A stretch of 64,000 nt of DNA. It comes from Octopus sinensis (Eukaryota). The stretch covers positions 40,982,001 to 41,046,000 of the forward strand of contig NC_043006.1 in assembly GCF_006345805.1 (NCBI RefSeq), written 5' to 3'. Made by a program: the position numbers and the translations under genes. The notes under the pieces were generated by a model. The model worked only from the letters and a program-made list of their open reading frames with translations, did not search any database and had not been told where the DNA came from. This document shows, piece after piece, positions 23,738-37,910 of this stretch (position 1 is its first letter; each line of letters begins with the position of its first letter).

Positions 23738-24172
23738 AGTATTGAATACCAGATCGAATACTTTGCAATATTTAGTTGCAACTTATTACGATCTGATTTC
23801 AAACCGTCGACTTATGGCTTTGATTCTTGTCCAAATAGTATGTTTTACACATGTATAGGAGGCTGTTGAATAAAAAATATGGCAACATAATATAAAAAGA
23901 ATGAGGTAGATTACCCGTCAAGTACTTGAGTAATATAAACGACCAACTCCACTCCATCAAAAATTCCTGACCTTTCGCTAGTAGAATCGTCAGCATGCCG
24001 GGCAAAATGCTTAACGGCATTTCGTCCGTCTTTACGTTCTAAGTTCAAATAACGTCGAGGTCGCATTTGCCTCTCATCCTTTCGGCGTCGATAAAATAAG
24101 CACCAGTTGCGAATCGACTTAAACTTACCCGTAAATCTCCTGGCCTTATGCCAAAATTTGAACCTATCATTA
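23738..24172 (+). mobile_element. Two tandem family A SINEs (paralog of 5361-5815)
   Basis: Share the diagnostic variants gtcgcatttgcct and cccgtaaatctcctggcct with the 5.4-5.8 kb pair. Confidence 0.7.
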
Positions 24173-24179
24173 TTATTAC

Positions 24180-24238
<59 letters not shown>

Positions 24239-24254
24239 TATTATTATTATTATT

Positions 24255-24310
24255 GAGTAAGAGAGTAGTGCATGCCATCAAAGTGACACTTGGGTAAAAT
24301 ATGCGAAGCC
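24255..24310 (-). mobile_element. Family D terminal fragment inside the duplicated block
   Basis: gagtaagagagtagtgcatgccatcaaagtgacac, directly after (ATT)n. Confidence 0.75.
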
Positions 24311-24646
24311 GTTTTAGCATTAGGGTCAATGTAATCGGCTTATTCTCTCCATCGAAATTGCTAGCCCTGTGCCAAAATATGAAACCTTTATTTTGAGAGC
24401 AGGACGTACGGAAAGGTACATGCTCTACGTTAGAAAAAAATTTTCTTTTGTCCTAGACCCTAACCATTTAATGGTTATTTCCCTTCATTTAATTTTAAAA
24501 TTAAATGCGCGAATAGTTATACGCATCAGTCGTCTGTATCACCTGTAACGAACAAATTATCAGATGTGCTTCCATTTCATTCTTGATTGCATTCCTCTTC
24601 TCCATTCTGGTCCAAATCGTTTAACTAAAACGTCTTATCTAGGATC

Positions 24647-24950
24647 TTATATGCATGTGAGACGAGGGTTACTTCAAAGGGAGATGAAAATCGGTTGGCT
24701 ATGATGCAAAGGGCCATGGAAAGATGTATGGTAGAAATAACATTGCAGGAACACATTCGAAACGAAGTAATTCAAGAACGGAGCAGAGTGAACGATGTGG
24801 TGGAAGTATAAGGAAAGCACAAGTTCCACTGCTTCGGATATATCGCTAGGTTCACAGACAACAGGCAGACCTGTGCAGTTACCGAGTGGTATCTAAGAGA
24901 TCTGAAAAGGCAACTCGGAAGGCCTTCAAACGATGGGAAGACGATTTACT
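24647..24950 (+). mobile_element. RTE-clade LINE C-terminal fragment
   Basis: LYACET..ENRLAMMQRAMERCMVEITLQEHIRNEVIQERSRVNDV..FGYIARFTDNR..VTEWYLRDLKRQLGRP/RWEDD. Confidence 0.85.
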
Positions 24951-26013
24951 TAGATGTATGTATAAATATTACTTTATAATCAAAATTTAAAGTGTTCATG
25001 TATGTACACAATCGTTTACACTCCATCCCACAGGAAAATGTATGTGCGTGTATATGTTATATGTCCTTTACGTATGAACATTTGAGTTCTTAGAAATTAA
25101 GTAGATCGCTAATGAAGTGACGAGGCTCTCTTGTCAGAGTTATGATAATATCAATTAGTTGCGTATGTATGAATGCGAGTCCTTAAGTGTAGAGTAATGT
25201 GTAAGTACATTCAATGAGAGTGTATATGCCGCTGTTCTAGAATGAAGCAAATATTTTGAAATGTTATACTATTTTTCTCTGTCAGAAGCAGACTGAATTT
25301 ACAGTCTGCGGGTATTTTCTTTTGGAAGCTACTTACATTTCCAATGCTTTACTTAAACTCTTTAGCAAATGTCCCACTACGTCTATAAGTATTAAGTATA
25401 AATGTGAGTTTATAAAACCTGATGGTTTCGCAGCAGTTCACTGCAGGTAGTCACCTTCACTGTAACTGGAGACGAGTCATTGACATCGGGCGGACAGTAA
25501 TTTTTACAACAGTTCATAACTTCTATTTCTTGCTTTTGAGAATAACATCAGGCCTGTTGTGTCAACATCGAATGAATGCTTTCATTAGGGAATTCATCCA
25601 GTTTTCGTTACATTCAAAAGTGTAGATGTTTTGATTATTATTTCGTTTCGTCTGTTCGTCAGATAGTATTGTATATAGTTTCTTTTTCTTATGTCATATC
25701 ATAAAACAATACCATGCGATCAGTTTTAAGGTAACAATGTTGGCGATAGCTTATAGATTAGTATTACATCATCAACATAAGATCCTCCGTTTGGGACTCC
25801 GTTTGTGTGTTATATTTGATCTGATATTTGCCATCCTCTTCTTCTATAATAAATGCAAGATTCCTAATGACAATATCGAGATCCAAGAAAGAATATTCCC
25901 TTCGGCAATATGGTTATAATCTTTCAATTTACAGGATATCTATACATTTATTGTCTATTGCTGTTATGATTAGTTCTCTATGCTGCTTCTTGTTCGTGCC
26001 GAAAATCTCAATA

Positions 26014-26116
<103 letters not shown>

Positions 26117-26707
26117 ACAAAGTGAAGTTGTAAGGTACCGCATGAGTGGAAATATATATGAAAGAAAGTTTGAAAATGTAATTTTAAAGATGTTTATTCA
26201 CTTGACCGGTTTCACTTTTTTAGAAAAAGATTGTCAAAAGTAAAATGTAAAGCTTTACGTTTTACTTTAGATACTGTTTTGGAAAAGAATCGTACCATCC
26301 ATTTATGACTTGTTTTCTGATTATTTCGACTCGTATCAGACGCTTCTGTTGTCAAATTGTTGTAGTACCAAGGAACTATAATTTTAAAAAGTTTGACTTA
26401 AGAGTGTTTGTTTTATAGCAGGCTGATTATTCACTCGAAACATTCGTAAATAGTTTGCATCTCTTCTTATGGTAGATTATTATTTAAAAGTGATTTTTAA
26501 AATATTTTATACCTTTCTCCAAAACGGCTTTTAGCTATGTGCGTAATGGCGGCACATGCATCGCTGCGACGCTATTATTTCTGTTGTGCTTCTTGATATT
26601 CGTTTCCTGTTTTTGCTTTTTAAATATTTTAAAATTTAGCAATCAATAGCTAGTAATATTTTCTGAATAATCTCTTGTTTCTTTGATGAGAAGCCCCCAA
26701 CTTTTCA

Positions 26708-26896
26708 AAATTATTTAAAGAATGATTAACATAAACAATTGCTAAAAAGTCTATGGGAACAAATGTAAATATATATGTGTAATTTCAATAAAGAGACTAT
26801 AAATTATTTAAAGAATTATTAACATAAACAATTGCTAAAAAGTCTATGGGAACAAATGTAAATATAAATGTGTAATTTCAATAAAGAGGCTATAAA
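26708..26896. repeat. Tandem duplication, 2 x 93 bp
   Basis: Units start at 26708 and 26801; about 3 mismatches. Confidence 0.9.
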
Positions 26897-26899
26897 TCT

Positions 26900-27620
26900 T
26901 CGAAGCAATTGACCGCAGACAAATGTTCTTTTACGGACTAATCTTCAATGAAATATCTATTCTACTGGACAGTTGACGACTACGGTAGTTCACCATTTTG
27001 TTTTCTTTACCCCCAAACTACAACAGATGTATCATTTGCATTTAGTAGTAGTTTGATGATAATATTTCACCGACATTATTATGTTGGAATCTATGAATAT
27101 ATTTAAAGAACGTCACAAGTATTTTCTAATAGTTATTCCAGAGCAGCCGTATCTACGGTTGGTATTGTACATTGTTTTAGCAACAACATCATGCTGAGCA
27201 AGACAGTAATATCATCATGACATTTTTGGACAGTTGCTAACTTTGCCAGTATTTTAGGTCGCATCTAAGGGTTTTAAAAGCGTCACTCTATCCTTTGTTT
27301 AATAGATATTTTGTAGCTATTTCTTCCTCTTGGATGGCAAAAAGACATCCTTGGAAATAAGAAATGATTTAACGGTCTCGATTTAATATTAGCTATAACT
27401 ACTTTCAATGCTAACTCCATTTAGAATTTAGTGTTAAACATGACCGTCTTTAACATGTTGTAATTATCCTGAGTGTTTCGTGCCAAGAGCTGGATTGAAA
27501 TCAAGCCATTAGCAATTCTGTGATTGCATAGGATATTATTTGGGACAGGATGTTGGTTGAAGAAGAGTTCAGCGGGGTCATTAACAGTGATGGTCGTTTG
27601 TTTTAATTACGAAATATAAA
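26900..27620 (-). mobile_element. hAT transposase relic
   Basis: LKVVIANIKSRPLNHFLF (about 27410-27355), preceded by LCNHRIA; matches the hAT IKxRPLN and CxxH regions. Many stops. Confidence 0.55.
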
Positions 27621-27713
27621 TGTTGTTAAAGCTACTAAGCTGTAGTGTTATCATGTTCAGCAGGGCTAAAGTAGAAGACCTTTCCCAGCGACCTTCTTAA
27701 ACTTACAGATATA

Positions 27714-27749
<36 letters not shown>

Positions 27750-28135
27750 TGTATGTATGTATGTATGTATGTATGTATGTATGTATGTATGTGTGTGTGT
27801 GTGTGTATGTGTATGTACGTGTATGCATAAAAGCATATTTAGAAAACTTGTACACATATATTGTTTTATTTTGTGATGGTCATTTTGCCATTTAAAATAC
27901 ACGCACTGTTTGTAGTTCAGTTTTATTATTACTTCTAATTGATTTCTCCATTTCTCTCGAGATACGGAGAAGTCACTGAAAAGTAACAGTTGTGTGACGA
28001 AAGACAGTGAAATAATATAAAACTGAACGATACACGTCGGCTCTATTTTACAGGTAAAATAGGGTAATACCTGCTTCAGTTTCAAGAATCCCTAAAAACA
28101 AATGCAATAAACGAACACACAAACACACACACACA

Positions 28136-28185
<50 letters not shown>

Positions 28186-28367
28186 ATTGAAATTTATATA
28201 TATATATATAGTCACTTCAATAATATATATATATATATCGTTTTTTTTCTCACGATCCCTTTTGATCGGAACTTTATTTTTCTCCTTTTTTTTTTATTCC
28301 GAAAAGAAAAGCACTACATTGTATTTTGTCCCCTCTGTGTTTGGCCCTGTGTAGCTAATAAAGAAAC

Positions 28368-28662
<295 letters not shown>

Positions 28663-28699
28663 GTCAATTCAATTTATATTCTTTTCTTTTATTTTCTGA

Positions 28700-28921
28700 C
28701 ACGTTTCAGTCATTTGACTGCGGCCATGAAAGAGCACCGCTTTTAGTCGAAGAAGTCCACCCCAGGATCTATTCTTTGTAAGCCTAGTACTTATTCTACA
28801 CACACACACACAGATATATATATATATATATATATATGACAGACTTCTTTCAGTTTCTGTCTACCAAATCCAGTCACAAGTCTTTGGTCGGCCCGAGGCT
28901 ATAGTAGAAGACACTTGCCCA
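28700..28921 (-). mobile_element. SINE family B, deleted
   Basis: Tail and mid-head blocks. Confidence 0.8.
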
Positions 28922-29195
28922 GTCAATATAGTCGATTTAGATAAATGATTAATTCAAATAAAACGAGTAAAATTAAAGGACAACAAAAGAACGTGCACAA
29001 GAGATGCATTAGCTTGACGCTGGGTGAAAAGAGAGAGTTTGACATTTCGAGCATAGTCCTTCTTCAGAAAGGAGAAAGAGAAAAGTCTAAAGAAGGAAAA
29101 GAAATCGCCAAACTTAAAGGATATACACATATATATTGTGTGTGTGCGAGAGCGCATTTGTATGTGTATACATGTGTATTTACATAGCCATATAT

Positions 29196-29253
<58 letters not shown>

Positions 29254-29286
29254 GTTCATACATATATACATACATACATATATATA

Positions 29287-29350
<64 letters not shown>

Positions 29351-29374
29351 TTGTGTGTGTGTCCTTATAAAGAA

Positions 29375-29848
29375 GATAGTGAGTTCGCAGTATTGTTACC
29401 TCGACAGACAAAGTACTGGGCAGTAACTGTTCCAACGGCTTATGTTCTTTGTTCAAATTCTGCCGAAGCCGACTTTGCCTTTCATCCTTTCGGGGTCGAT
29501 TAAATAAATACCAGTTACGCACTGGGGTCAATATGATCGACTTAATCCCTTTGTCTGTCCTTGTTTGTCTCCTCTATGTTTAGTCCCCCGGTGGACAATA
29601 AACAAATAAATGTTTAATTGGTACTTTATTTAGGCGGCGAGCTGGCAGAAACGTTAGCACGTCGGGTGAAATGCTTAGTGGCATTTCGTCTGTCTTTACG
29701 TTCTGAGTTCAAATTCCACCGAGGTAGACTTTGCCTTTCATCCTTTCGGAGTCGATGAATTACGTAACAGTAGCGTACTGGGGTCGATATGATCGACTGC
29801 CCCCACCACAAAAAAAATTGGGGCCTTGTGCCTGAAGTAGAAAAGAAT
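29375..29848 (+). mobile_element. Two family A SINEs in tandem
   Basis: Headless long-tail copy, then a full head at about 29631. Confidence 0.8.
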
Positions 29849-30298
29849 ATTAATTTCTGTTGCGTCATCATGTCGACAATATAGTTTTCAATGAATGGAC
29901 CAATAATATATCGGCAAGTAACGTCTGACAGCCTTGAGATATTTTGTTAAAGTTTATGGTTTAATTAAAGGAGCGCAATCTGTGTCTTCCGGCCTCCTTT
30001 TAGCTCAGATATTCTTCATCATAACATGTCTTGTGACCATGTTCCCAAATCTGTTACGGCCTTGTAGCTACTGTGGGTGCGGGTGGGAGCGGCTGGGAGC
30101 GGCTGGATGCCTTTCAGTAACTATACTCTGCAATCGCTGAGTATGCATATATTTTGTGAGTGTATGTGTGTGTGTGTTGTGTGTGTGTGTGCGTGCGTAT
30201 GCATACGTTATTTATCATAACGTAAGAGTCGGGTATTGTGGAGATACATACATATGCATACATAAATACACACACACACACACATACAAATATACTAC

Positions 30299-30351
<53 letters not shown>

Positions 30352-31348
30352 ATGTATCTACATACAATCATGTTTATATATCAATATATATTATATACAC
30401 ATACACACATATGTATGCATACAAATGTGTGTGCTCATAGTTCAACCACCCTCTCTCTTTCTCTGTCTCAGTACACAAACAAACACACACACACACACAC
30501 ACACATGAGTGTATGTGCCCTATAATGTATTTACAATTTTGATGATAATTTACAATTTACAATTATCTGATGATAATGTGTATGTAGTTGCTTACGTAAT
30601 CATTGAGTTTGAATGTCTCTGTCTTTTGTGTGTGTGTGTGTGTGCGCGTGCGTGTGTGTTTATGTGTGTCCCTAGTTTTGTATGCGGATGTATCTGTGTA
30701 TACACGTGATTTATGAAACTGAATGATGTGTATGAGTTCCTAATTTGTGTGCAATATACATATTTCTGTTTTTTTGGGGGGCACACAAGAATGATGAAAA
30801 ACGAAGCTGATGTAAACAAAATTTGAACTCAATGTAGAGGAACTCAGAACAAATAGCGAGAAGCATCGTATTCGATGCTCTAAAGTTTCTGCTATGTTCT
30901 ACGAAGATTGTTGTTGCGGTGTTATGTCCTCAAAAATGACTTTTCAATTTTTACAGATTGGGAAGGGAAGAAAAATAACAGACAAAAATCAACAAAAAAG
31001 AAAGGCGGAAACAAAAACGCTATAATCCGTCTGTTGGCTGTATGTGTAAAATAGAATTATCTGTCCTGGAACGTATTTCCAAGCAAAAATTAAATTATTC
31101 CACGGTAAAAAAAAAAAAAAAAAAAAAAAATAAATAAAATTACGCTTCTGATCAATATTTAATAAACATAAAAGCGAGGTGATAATTGCATTTTATTTTC
31201 AAAAGTGCGAACACAGCGCAATTAGCACAGCTCAAATATTTTCCTAAAACAGATATATCTATTAACCACGATAAAACCACGTATCGGCGCATCGCAACAA
31301 ACCATAATCTTATTGCTGCTGCTGCTGCTGCTACTGCTACTGCTGCTG

Positions 31349-31406
<58 letters not shown>

Positions 31407-31698
31407 GTTACTGCCATGGAACCAAGATGACAGTAACGATAGCAGCAGCGATGATAGTATGTGCAATAACTACGAGCTAATAGAGTGAAGAGCATAAAAT
31501 GATCATCCTTTTTGTATTCTACTACAAGGCAGACATCTTTTGATTAGCATTAGTAGAGAATTCATTGAGTTGTGTGAGACTGGTTAACCAAATTGTAGTG
31601 AATATTTGCAATAATGTCCTCCTTTATTTGAGTCAACTAACACTTGTTTAAATAATTCAACAGCAAATCATTACCTGGGATATCCTAAAAAAGTGTTA

Positions 31699-32433
31699 CG
31701 GAAATGTTCTTGCATAGCAAGTGACCTGATCTGAAATCGTGCGCTGAAACAAAAACAATTGCAGCGTGGAAGGTGTTTATAAGCCATTTAAAATTTAATT
31801 TGTCAAAATACTTTCGACCGCTTTGAGACTGCGACCTGTTCACTGACAAAATTTCGTACAGCACAGAATTTTGTCAGTGAACAGGTCGCGGTCTCAAAGC
31901 GACGAAAATATTTTGACAAATTAAATTTCAAATGTCGAAGTGAATCTAACGGTTTTTGTGTGTTTTTAAATGGTTTATAAACATCTTCCTAAAAAAGTAA
32001 GCGAATTAAAAAAAAACAACAAAATTGCCGTGGAATCGCATCAGTGACCAGGTCATAGTTGGTGCGACGAAAATTTGGATACCAAATAATATTTAAGGGA
32101 AGTTAAACGCTTTTGTGCGTTTTTGAATGGTTTAATATGTGTTTTGCACTTTGCAATCGTTTTAGTTTTAACATAAATTCTGGTATGAATTAACTTGTCT
32201 GATATGTACACCTCCGAATTAAAAAAAAAAATGTAAATAAGGATTTGGAAAAAGAACACAGAATTTTGTCAGTGATCAGGGCGCGGTCTCAAAGCGACGA
32301 AAATATATTGGTAAATGAAATCTAAATGTTGAAGTGAATCTTAAATGGCTTATAAACACCTTCCACGCTGCAATTGTTTTCGTTCTAGTACACGATCTCA
32401 GGTCAGGTCACTTGCTATGCAAGTACATCTTCG
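31699..32433. mobile_element. TIR element (MITE) with TA flanks and a nested internal hairpin
   Basis: About 95-bp terminal inverted repeats (cggaaatgttcttgcatagcaagtgacctga.. / ..tcaggtcacttgctatgcaagtacatcttcg), internal hairpin 31793-31928, second right arm at 32257-32433. Confidence 0.85.
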
Positions 32434-33789
32434 TAATATGATTATTGATGTATGGAAATCGATTAATTTTGTGACGATACTTATCGTATACAAATAAATA
32501 ATTACACTCCTCATCAACAAAAAGTGAAAATATTAAAAATAAGTAATGTTAGGAAATGGTAAAAATGGAACATCGTGTATGCATTGAATCAAGAATTTAA
32601 GTCCTGTTTTTAATGTGTTTAAATGTTGTATCTTAGGAGGATTATTATGCAAACAGCTAACACACGCACTGGTTCTATTTCACTTCTTTTATTTTTTATA
32701 TTTGTCAATTGATTAACTATTTAAACGATTAGATAATCAATTGCTGGATTAATCGTTCTGTTTGTTAAAGTCCTTTCGCTGCCATTCGTGACTTCATCGA
32801 TGACACCCCCTCTCTATTCCATGTCTGTTTTATGTGCATATGATTCTTAGTCTATTGGTTCTAGAGTGGTCTGTCCAACCGGACGCGTGGCGTCACAGAC
32901 CCCGGTAAGAATACAGCACCGGCTACCTTACTGTCTATGCCTCGCTAGGTATGGCGCTGCTAAAGACAACAGATTGGGACAGTACCCGTTAAGTACAGGC
33001 ACGTGGCTATTGACGAGAACATTGTGAGACTACACACGTTAATTACAGGGAAAGGTACGGACTTGTATCAGGTATGTGACCAAATGCCTCATCATCTAAT
33101 TCATATGAATTATTATTGCATTTAAGTCGGTTTACGGGAAACTCAGGTGCTAGAGAAAAGGAGTTGAAAAAATAATTCAGTCAAAATTAGTGGTTTATAA
33201 AGTTGTAAAGAGATAATAAAAAGAAGCTACTTGTCAGAAAATTATGGAGTCATTATAGGGGAAAATTAGGAGTGAGAAAAAGGAGTTTAAGCAAGATTCA
33301 GTGCGTTAGAAAGAAAAAAATCTTTTGTCCCTGCATTACAGCAATAGCATAGAGTATTCAATATGATATCCTTAAGATTGAGAGAGAAAAAATTAGAGTA
33401 GGAAGACTCCAAAGAAGGTCTAAATAGTGGAATACTGACGTTCAATCTAAGCTGTCTAATCGATCTTTATCAATAAGCCCTCGATGTTTGCTAGTTGAAG
33501 TTCACAAAATAAGACTACGAACTGGCAGAGTCTTTAGAATGACGTTGCAACATCATTATTTCTTCATGCTCTGTGCAAGTCCTGCTTAAAATTATTTGTG
33601 CCTTTCATCATTTCGTTGTTGATAAATAAATACTAGTCCAAAGTGGTGGACGAGATGTTTGTGGTATCTATTCCAATCGTGCGCGTTCTGGGTTAAAAAA
33701 TCTCGCCTAGACCACTATTATAGAGAAGTAAATACTTCTGAGGGGACTCATAACCACCCAACCTCACTCCACTGAAAGTGCCACACTCA

Positions 33790-34430
33790 AAAGAGATTTT
33801 ATTTTTATCGAGTAAGAGACATGGTAATGATACCGAGAGAGACGAAGAAAAAGAACGTGATGATGATGTTGATGATGATGATGATGATAATGATGATGAT
33901 GACGAAGGTGATGATGATGAAGATGACGAAGACGACGACGACTGGAGAGTTGGTTGGCATTAGCAGAAAATCTAATAAAACCCAAGTAATTGGGAAGAAA
34001 GATGTTTGGAGATGTGCCGAACAACTAATTTGCAAAACTGAGACGTCAGAACTGTGAAAAGTTATGCAAATTTCTAATGTTCCAGGTACAATAAATAAGG
34101 TCATAGATAACCTGACAGTTCCATTTCGGGTCACCATCTTGAAGTGAGTCTCAAGAAGTATTGCGTTATCATCAACAGAATAATGTAACGCAGAGGGTCA
34201 TTTAAAAAAGATTGCCTCTCTGTCTCTGGTGATGTTAGCACTTTCAATGCTACCTGTTGAAACCTGAACAATGGATAATTGGTGCTGAAGAGGGTAAAAA
34301 ACACGAACACAACTTCATTGTGTGCAACCTGGAATTATATGCCAAGTCTATGAATGATAGGAAGAAGAACATCGGCCTACTTATGACATTCTCGAAGAAA
34401 ATAAATCTTTACTTAAATATATTCAATGAG
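33790..34430 (+). mobile_element. Possible piggyBac-like transposase relic
   Basis: Acidic (GAT/GAC)n stretch, then VIDNLTVPFRVTILK (34100-34144; cf. VDExMVPFxGRxxLKQY) and HNFIVCNLELYA. Weak. Confidence 0.3.
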
Positions 34431-34519
34431 AATATCATATACTGAATTTACATTGAGTGCTCTATTGTATCAAAGTATCCATACTATTAAAGTATTTATG
34501 TATTTAATACGAGCGATTA

Positions 34520-34870
34520 TATATGTTTTATATAATATATTATTATTAATATCAGGAAATCAATATTGGAAAATTCTTCAGAAAGATATATACGTGTGTA
34601 AAATAATTATTGTATTAAAAATAAAAAAATATATAAAAATATATGTAAATATGTATAAACATAAATATATATATATGACAGTTTAAAAGTCTTGAATTAA
34701 GTTTTAAGCTGTCATATACACTATATATTTATACTTATACATATTAACATATATTTTTATATATATTTATATTTTTAATACAATAATTATTTTACACACG
34801 TATATATCTTTCTGAAGAATTTTCTAATATTGATTTCCTGATATTAATAATAATATATTATAAAATATAT
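34520..34870. repeat. About 350-bp AT-rich fold-back palindrome
   Basis: Arms about 34520-34688 and 34703-34870; outer 100 bp near-perfect reverse complements. Confidence 0.9.
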
Positions 34871-36971
34871 ATTCTCGAAGAATATATAAATGGAGTTTGG
34901 TCAGGATAAATGTCCAACTTAATTATAAAACGAGAGAAAACTACGAGAGATGTCCTAAAGTAATGCAAAAATGAGCATAACTTTCGCATTAACTGACACA
35001 AGTCGTTCCAACTGCTCATGTTAATAGAGTAACTTTTCTTCTTTACAAACTCTTTTTCATGTTCTTCATTGCAGGAAAATAATGGGTTTCAAGCAGAAGC
35101 AAGATTCCGTCACTGAGCTTCAGGTTATCCGACATTTATCGAAGGCTACAGGTTGTTCACGGAGATGACGTCATACTCAACATACCCTATTAGGATTCCT
35201 GGTAGGACATTGGCTCTCCATAGTTCTGTGTTGTACTTTTCTTTTCAGTTGGTTTTACGTTATCTTTTATGTAATCAGTTCCTCGTCCTTCAACATAGGC
35301 AAAAGAGGTCGTAGTTTTTAGATCTGTTATTAGTGTACAAAATGGTGGTCAGTTCAGAAAAGATCAAATCTTTTATTAACAGCCACGACCAGAATGCAGC
35401 AACCAGCATAGTGTTAAATAGACAAAAACTTGAAAAAAACGGATAGATTTTAACACCAGATCAAGTATGAGTAAGGGTAGCAGCACAGTAATAAAAGTAA
35501 GACTTGACCAAATCTCATCTGCCATGAATAGTTTGAAAGTACAGCTTTTGCATTCGGATGGGGACTACAAGTATCAAGTCAGTTATGAAGGTCCCATAAA
35601 CAAGAGCGAGATGACTACCCGCAAAGAAATACATAAACTATGCTTATCAGAACTGTCAGCACCTTAAATCTGTATTAAAATCACATGAGATTTAGTACGT
35701 AGCACTGAAACAGTATCTCCGTTAGAGATAAAAATCTGTAACTACTTAGCTTACGTTCGCGAACTGGAAAATAAAAACATTATTGTGATAATTAATGAAC
35801 TTGAAGACAAATATGAAATGAACATTGGCACTGGTCTGTCTCAAAGGAATTAGGAAATCCCATTTAACACAACAAAATCGAAAAATAGACCATATCAGAG
35901 AGAATGTTGAATATGTGTTCAAGAATTACCGAGAAAGAACTCTAGAAGGAACAAACCCCTTAAAAAAAACTTGACATGGAATACCGACAAATTTGCAACA
36001 CCTCAAACTGAAGTTTTCTCCCCATGAAATCGAAGATAATGAAATCCCCAGCAAGTGCTTATACGCTAAAGAAGTCATCTGCTAGCAAGAAATGTAGACT
36101 CAGTCAAATCCAAATTGAAATCATTAGCCACGTCATTGCGAATCATCCGCGAGAGAATAGCATTAACGATATTACATTCCCATAAGACAGGATATGGTAG
36201 CCAGAGAAGCCTGGAATTAATTATGAAACCAAAATAAATGAATAAAATGAAATATAAATATGAATATAATGGGAGCGATGAATCGAAAGAATATTGGTGG
36301 AATCTAGAAGTAAAGATAGTAAACAAACGAAAATACAGACGACCAGATAATTTTTGTTTGGGACCACCAGACACGACTCTCACCGCAAAGAAAACATATT
36401 CTCTTGTGGTAGTTTGCGCTCTCGTGACGTCAGTACGGTAAAAGATATGAGAGGAAGAAAGCATCTATGGATGAAGAGCTTGTAAATCCAGCAGCTCTTG
36501 CTAAAATATTTGGGATAGGTTTTAGGTCTTTGCAGAAAGTACATAGTTTTTATAATTAAAACGATACAGAGATCAGATAAGCTGTAAGAATAAAAGTTTG
36601 CAAGAAAATAAAACTTAAATAGCCTTTTTGTTTTGGGCAAATGATGACCGCCTCCTATCCCTCATCCCCCAAAAAACAAAAACAACTGCCTCTACCGTTT
36701 ACATTTTTCTTCAGAAAATTGCCATCGTGGAGAAAGTCGGTCAAAATTAGCTTTAAAAATCGGAAAAGAAAAATATAACACACACACACATTCACCTGTG
36801 CTTCCATATATCATACATTCTTTCATACATACACATGCACCAATAGCTATATTCAGACACATACACACATATATATGATATACATATACGTTTATTGATG
36901 CGTACGCATAATATACTCATCCTATCTTCACACTTTCATTTATTCATTCTTCCATCCACATATAAATATAA

Positions 36972-37002
<31 letters not shown>

Positions 37003-37590
37003 TACACACACACACACACACGCATACACACACATTCACACACATGCATACATGCATAGATACGTATAAATTCATACATTTGTATACATAAATCATGACG
37101 ATATATACACATACAGATATACATACCGATATATATACACACACGTATGCGTATAACCATACATGCCTATATGTGCATACAATTACAATAAATAAATGAA
37201 AAATAAATGGTAAAACACGCTTCATAGCTGGCACTGTTTCAAAACACGGAGGCTCTGTTCCGCTGTTTCTCAACCGAGGTTTCTTGTAACCCGAGGGATC
37301 TGCGAGTGTTAGTTATGGGTTACGTAAGAAATAGCGAGAAATCGGTTAATTATTTTCAAATGAACTTTTGGATAATGTTTACGCTTATATCTGTGATATC
37401 ATTATACACGCATGGTATATTCCATAAAGGAAACAAATCTTGGCATCTGTAGGTAGTAAAGAGACCCTACAGAACAAGAAACCCCTTAAAGAGGAATCGT
37501 AGGGGATTTTGGTCTTAAACAATGTTTTAATTAACCCTTTGCTTGTCTTGTGTATCATGTGGTTCGCAGGACATAGTTCCCTGGTGTTTG

Positions 37591-37910
37591 AAGGCGCGTG
37601 GCTTAATGGTTAGGGTATTCGGCTCACGATCGCAAGGTTGTGAGTTCAATTCCCGGCGACGTGTTGTGTTCTTGAGCAAAATACTTTATTTTCACATTGC
37701 TCCAGTCCACTCAGCTGGCAAAAATTAATAGTAGCTGTATTTCAAAGGGCCAGCTTTGTCACACTCTGTGTCATGCTGAATCTCCCCGAGAACTATGTTA
37801 AGGATACACGTGTCTGTAGAGTGCTCAGCGAGCTACATTTCACATTAATTTCACGAGCAGGCTTTTCCGTTGATCGGACCAACTGGAACCCTTGTCATTG
37901 TAACCGACGG
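37591..37910 (+). mobile_element. SINE family C, tail type 2
   Basis: Tail ..aatttcacgagcagg..gttgatcgg..gtaaccgacggagt. Confidence 0.85.

Noticed and set aside
29990-30120. GC-rich patch with CTTCCGG and GGGAGCGGCT repeats as a promoter
   Set aside because: Too short, partly a 10-nt tandem duplication, and no adjacent exon evidence.
33778-33963. Acidic poly-Asp ORF as a host gene
   Set aside because: Driven by a (GAT)n microsatellite, short, and followed by stops in all frames.
36075-36464. 129-aa ORF with LLWLPY resembling GPCR TM6 (CWxPY)
   Set aside because: No other TM spacing or NPxxY motif, no splice context, and it is antisense to a purine-rich decayed region.
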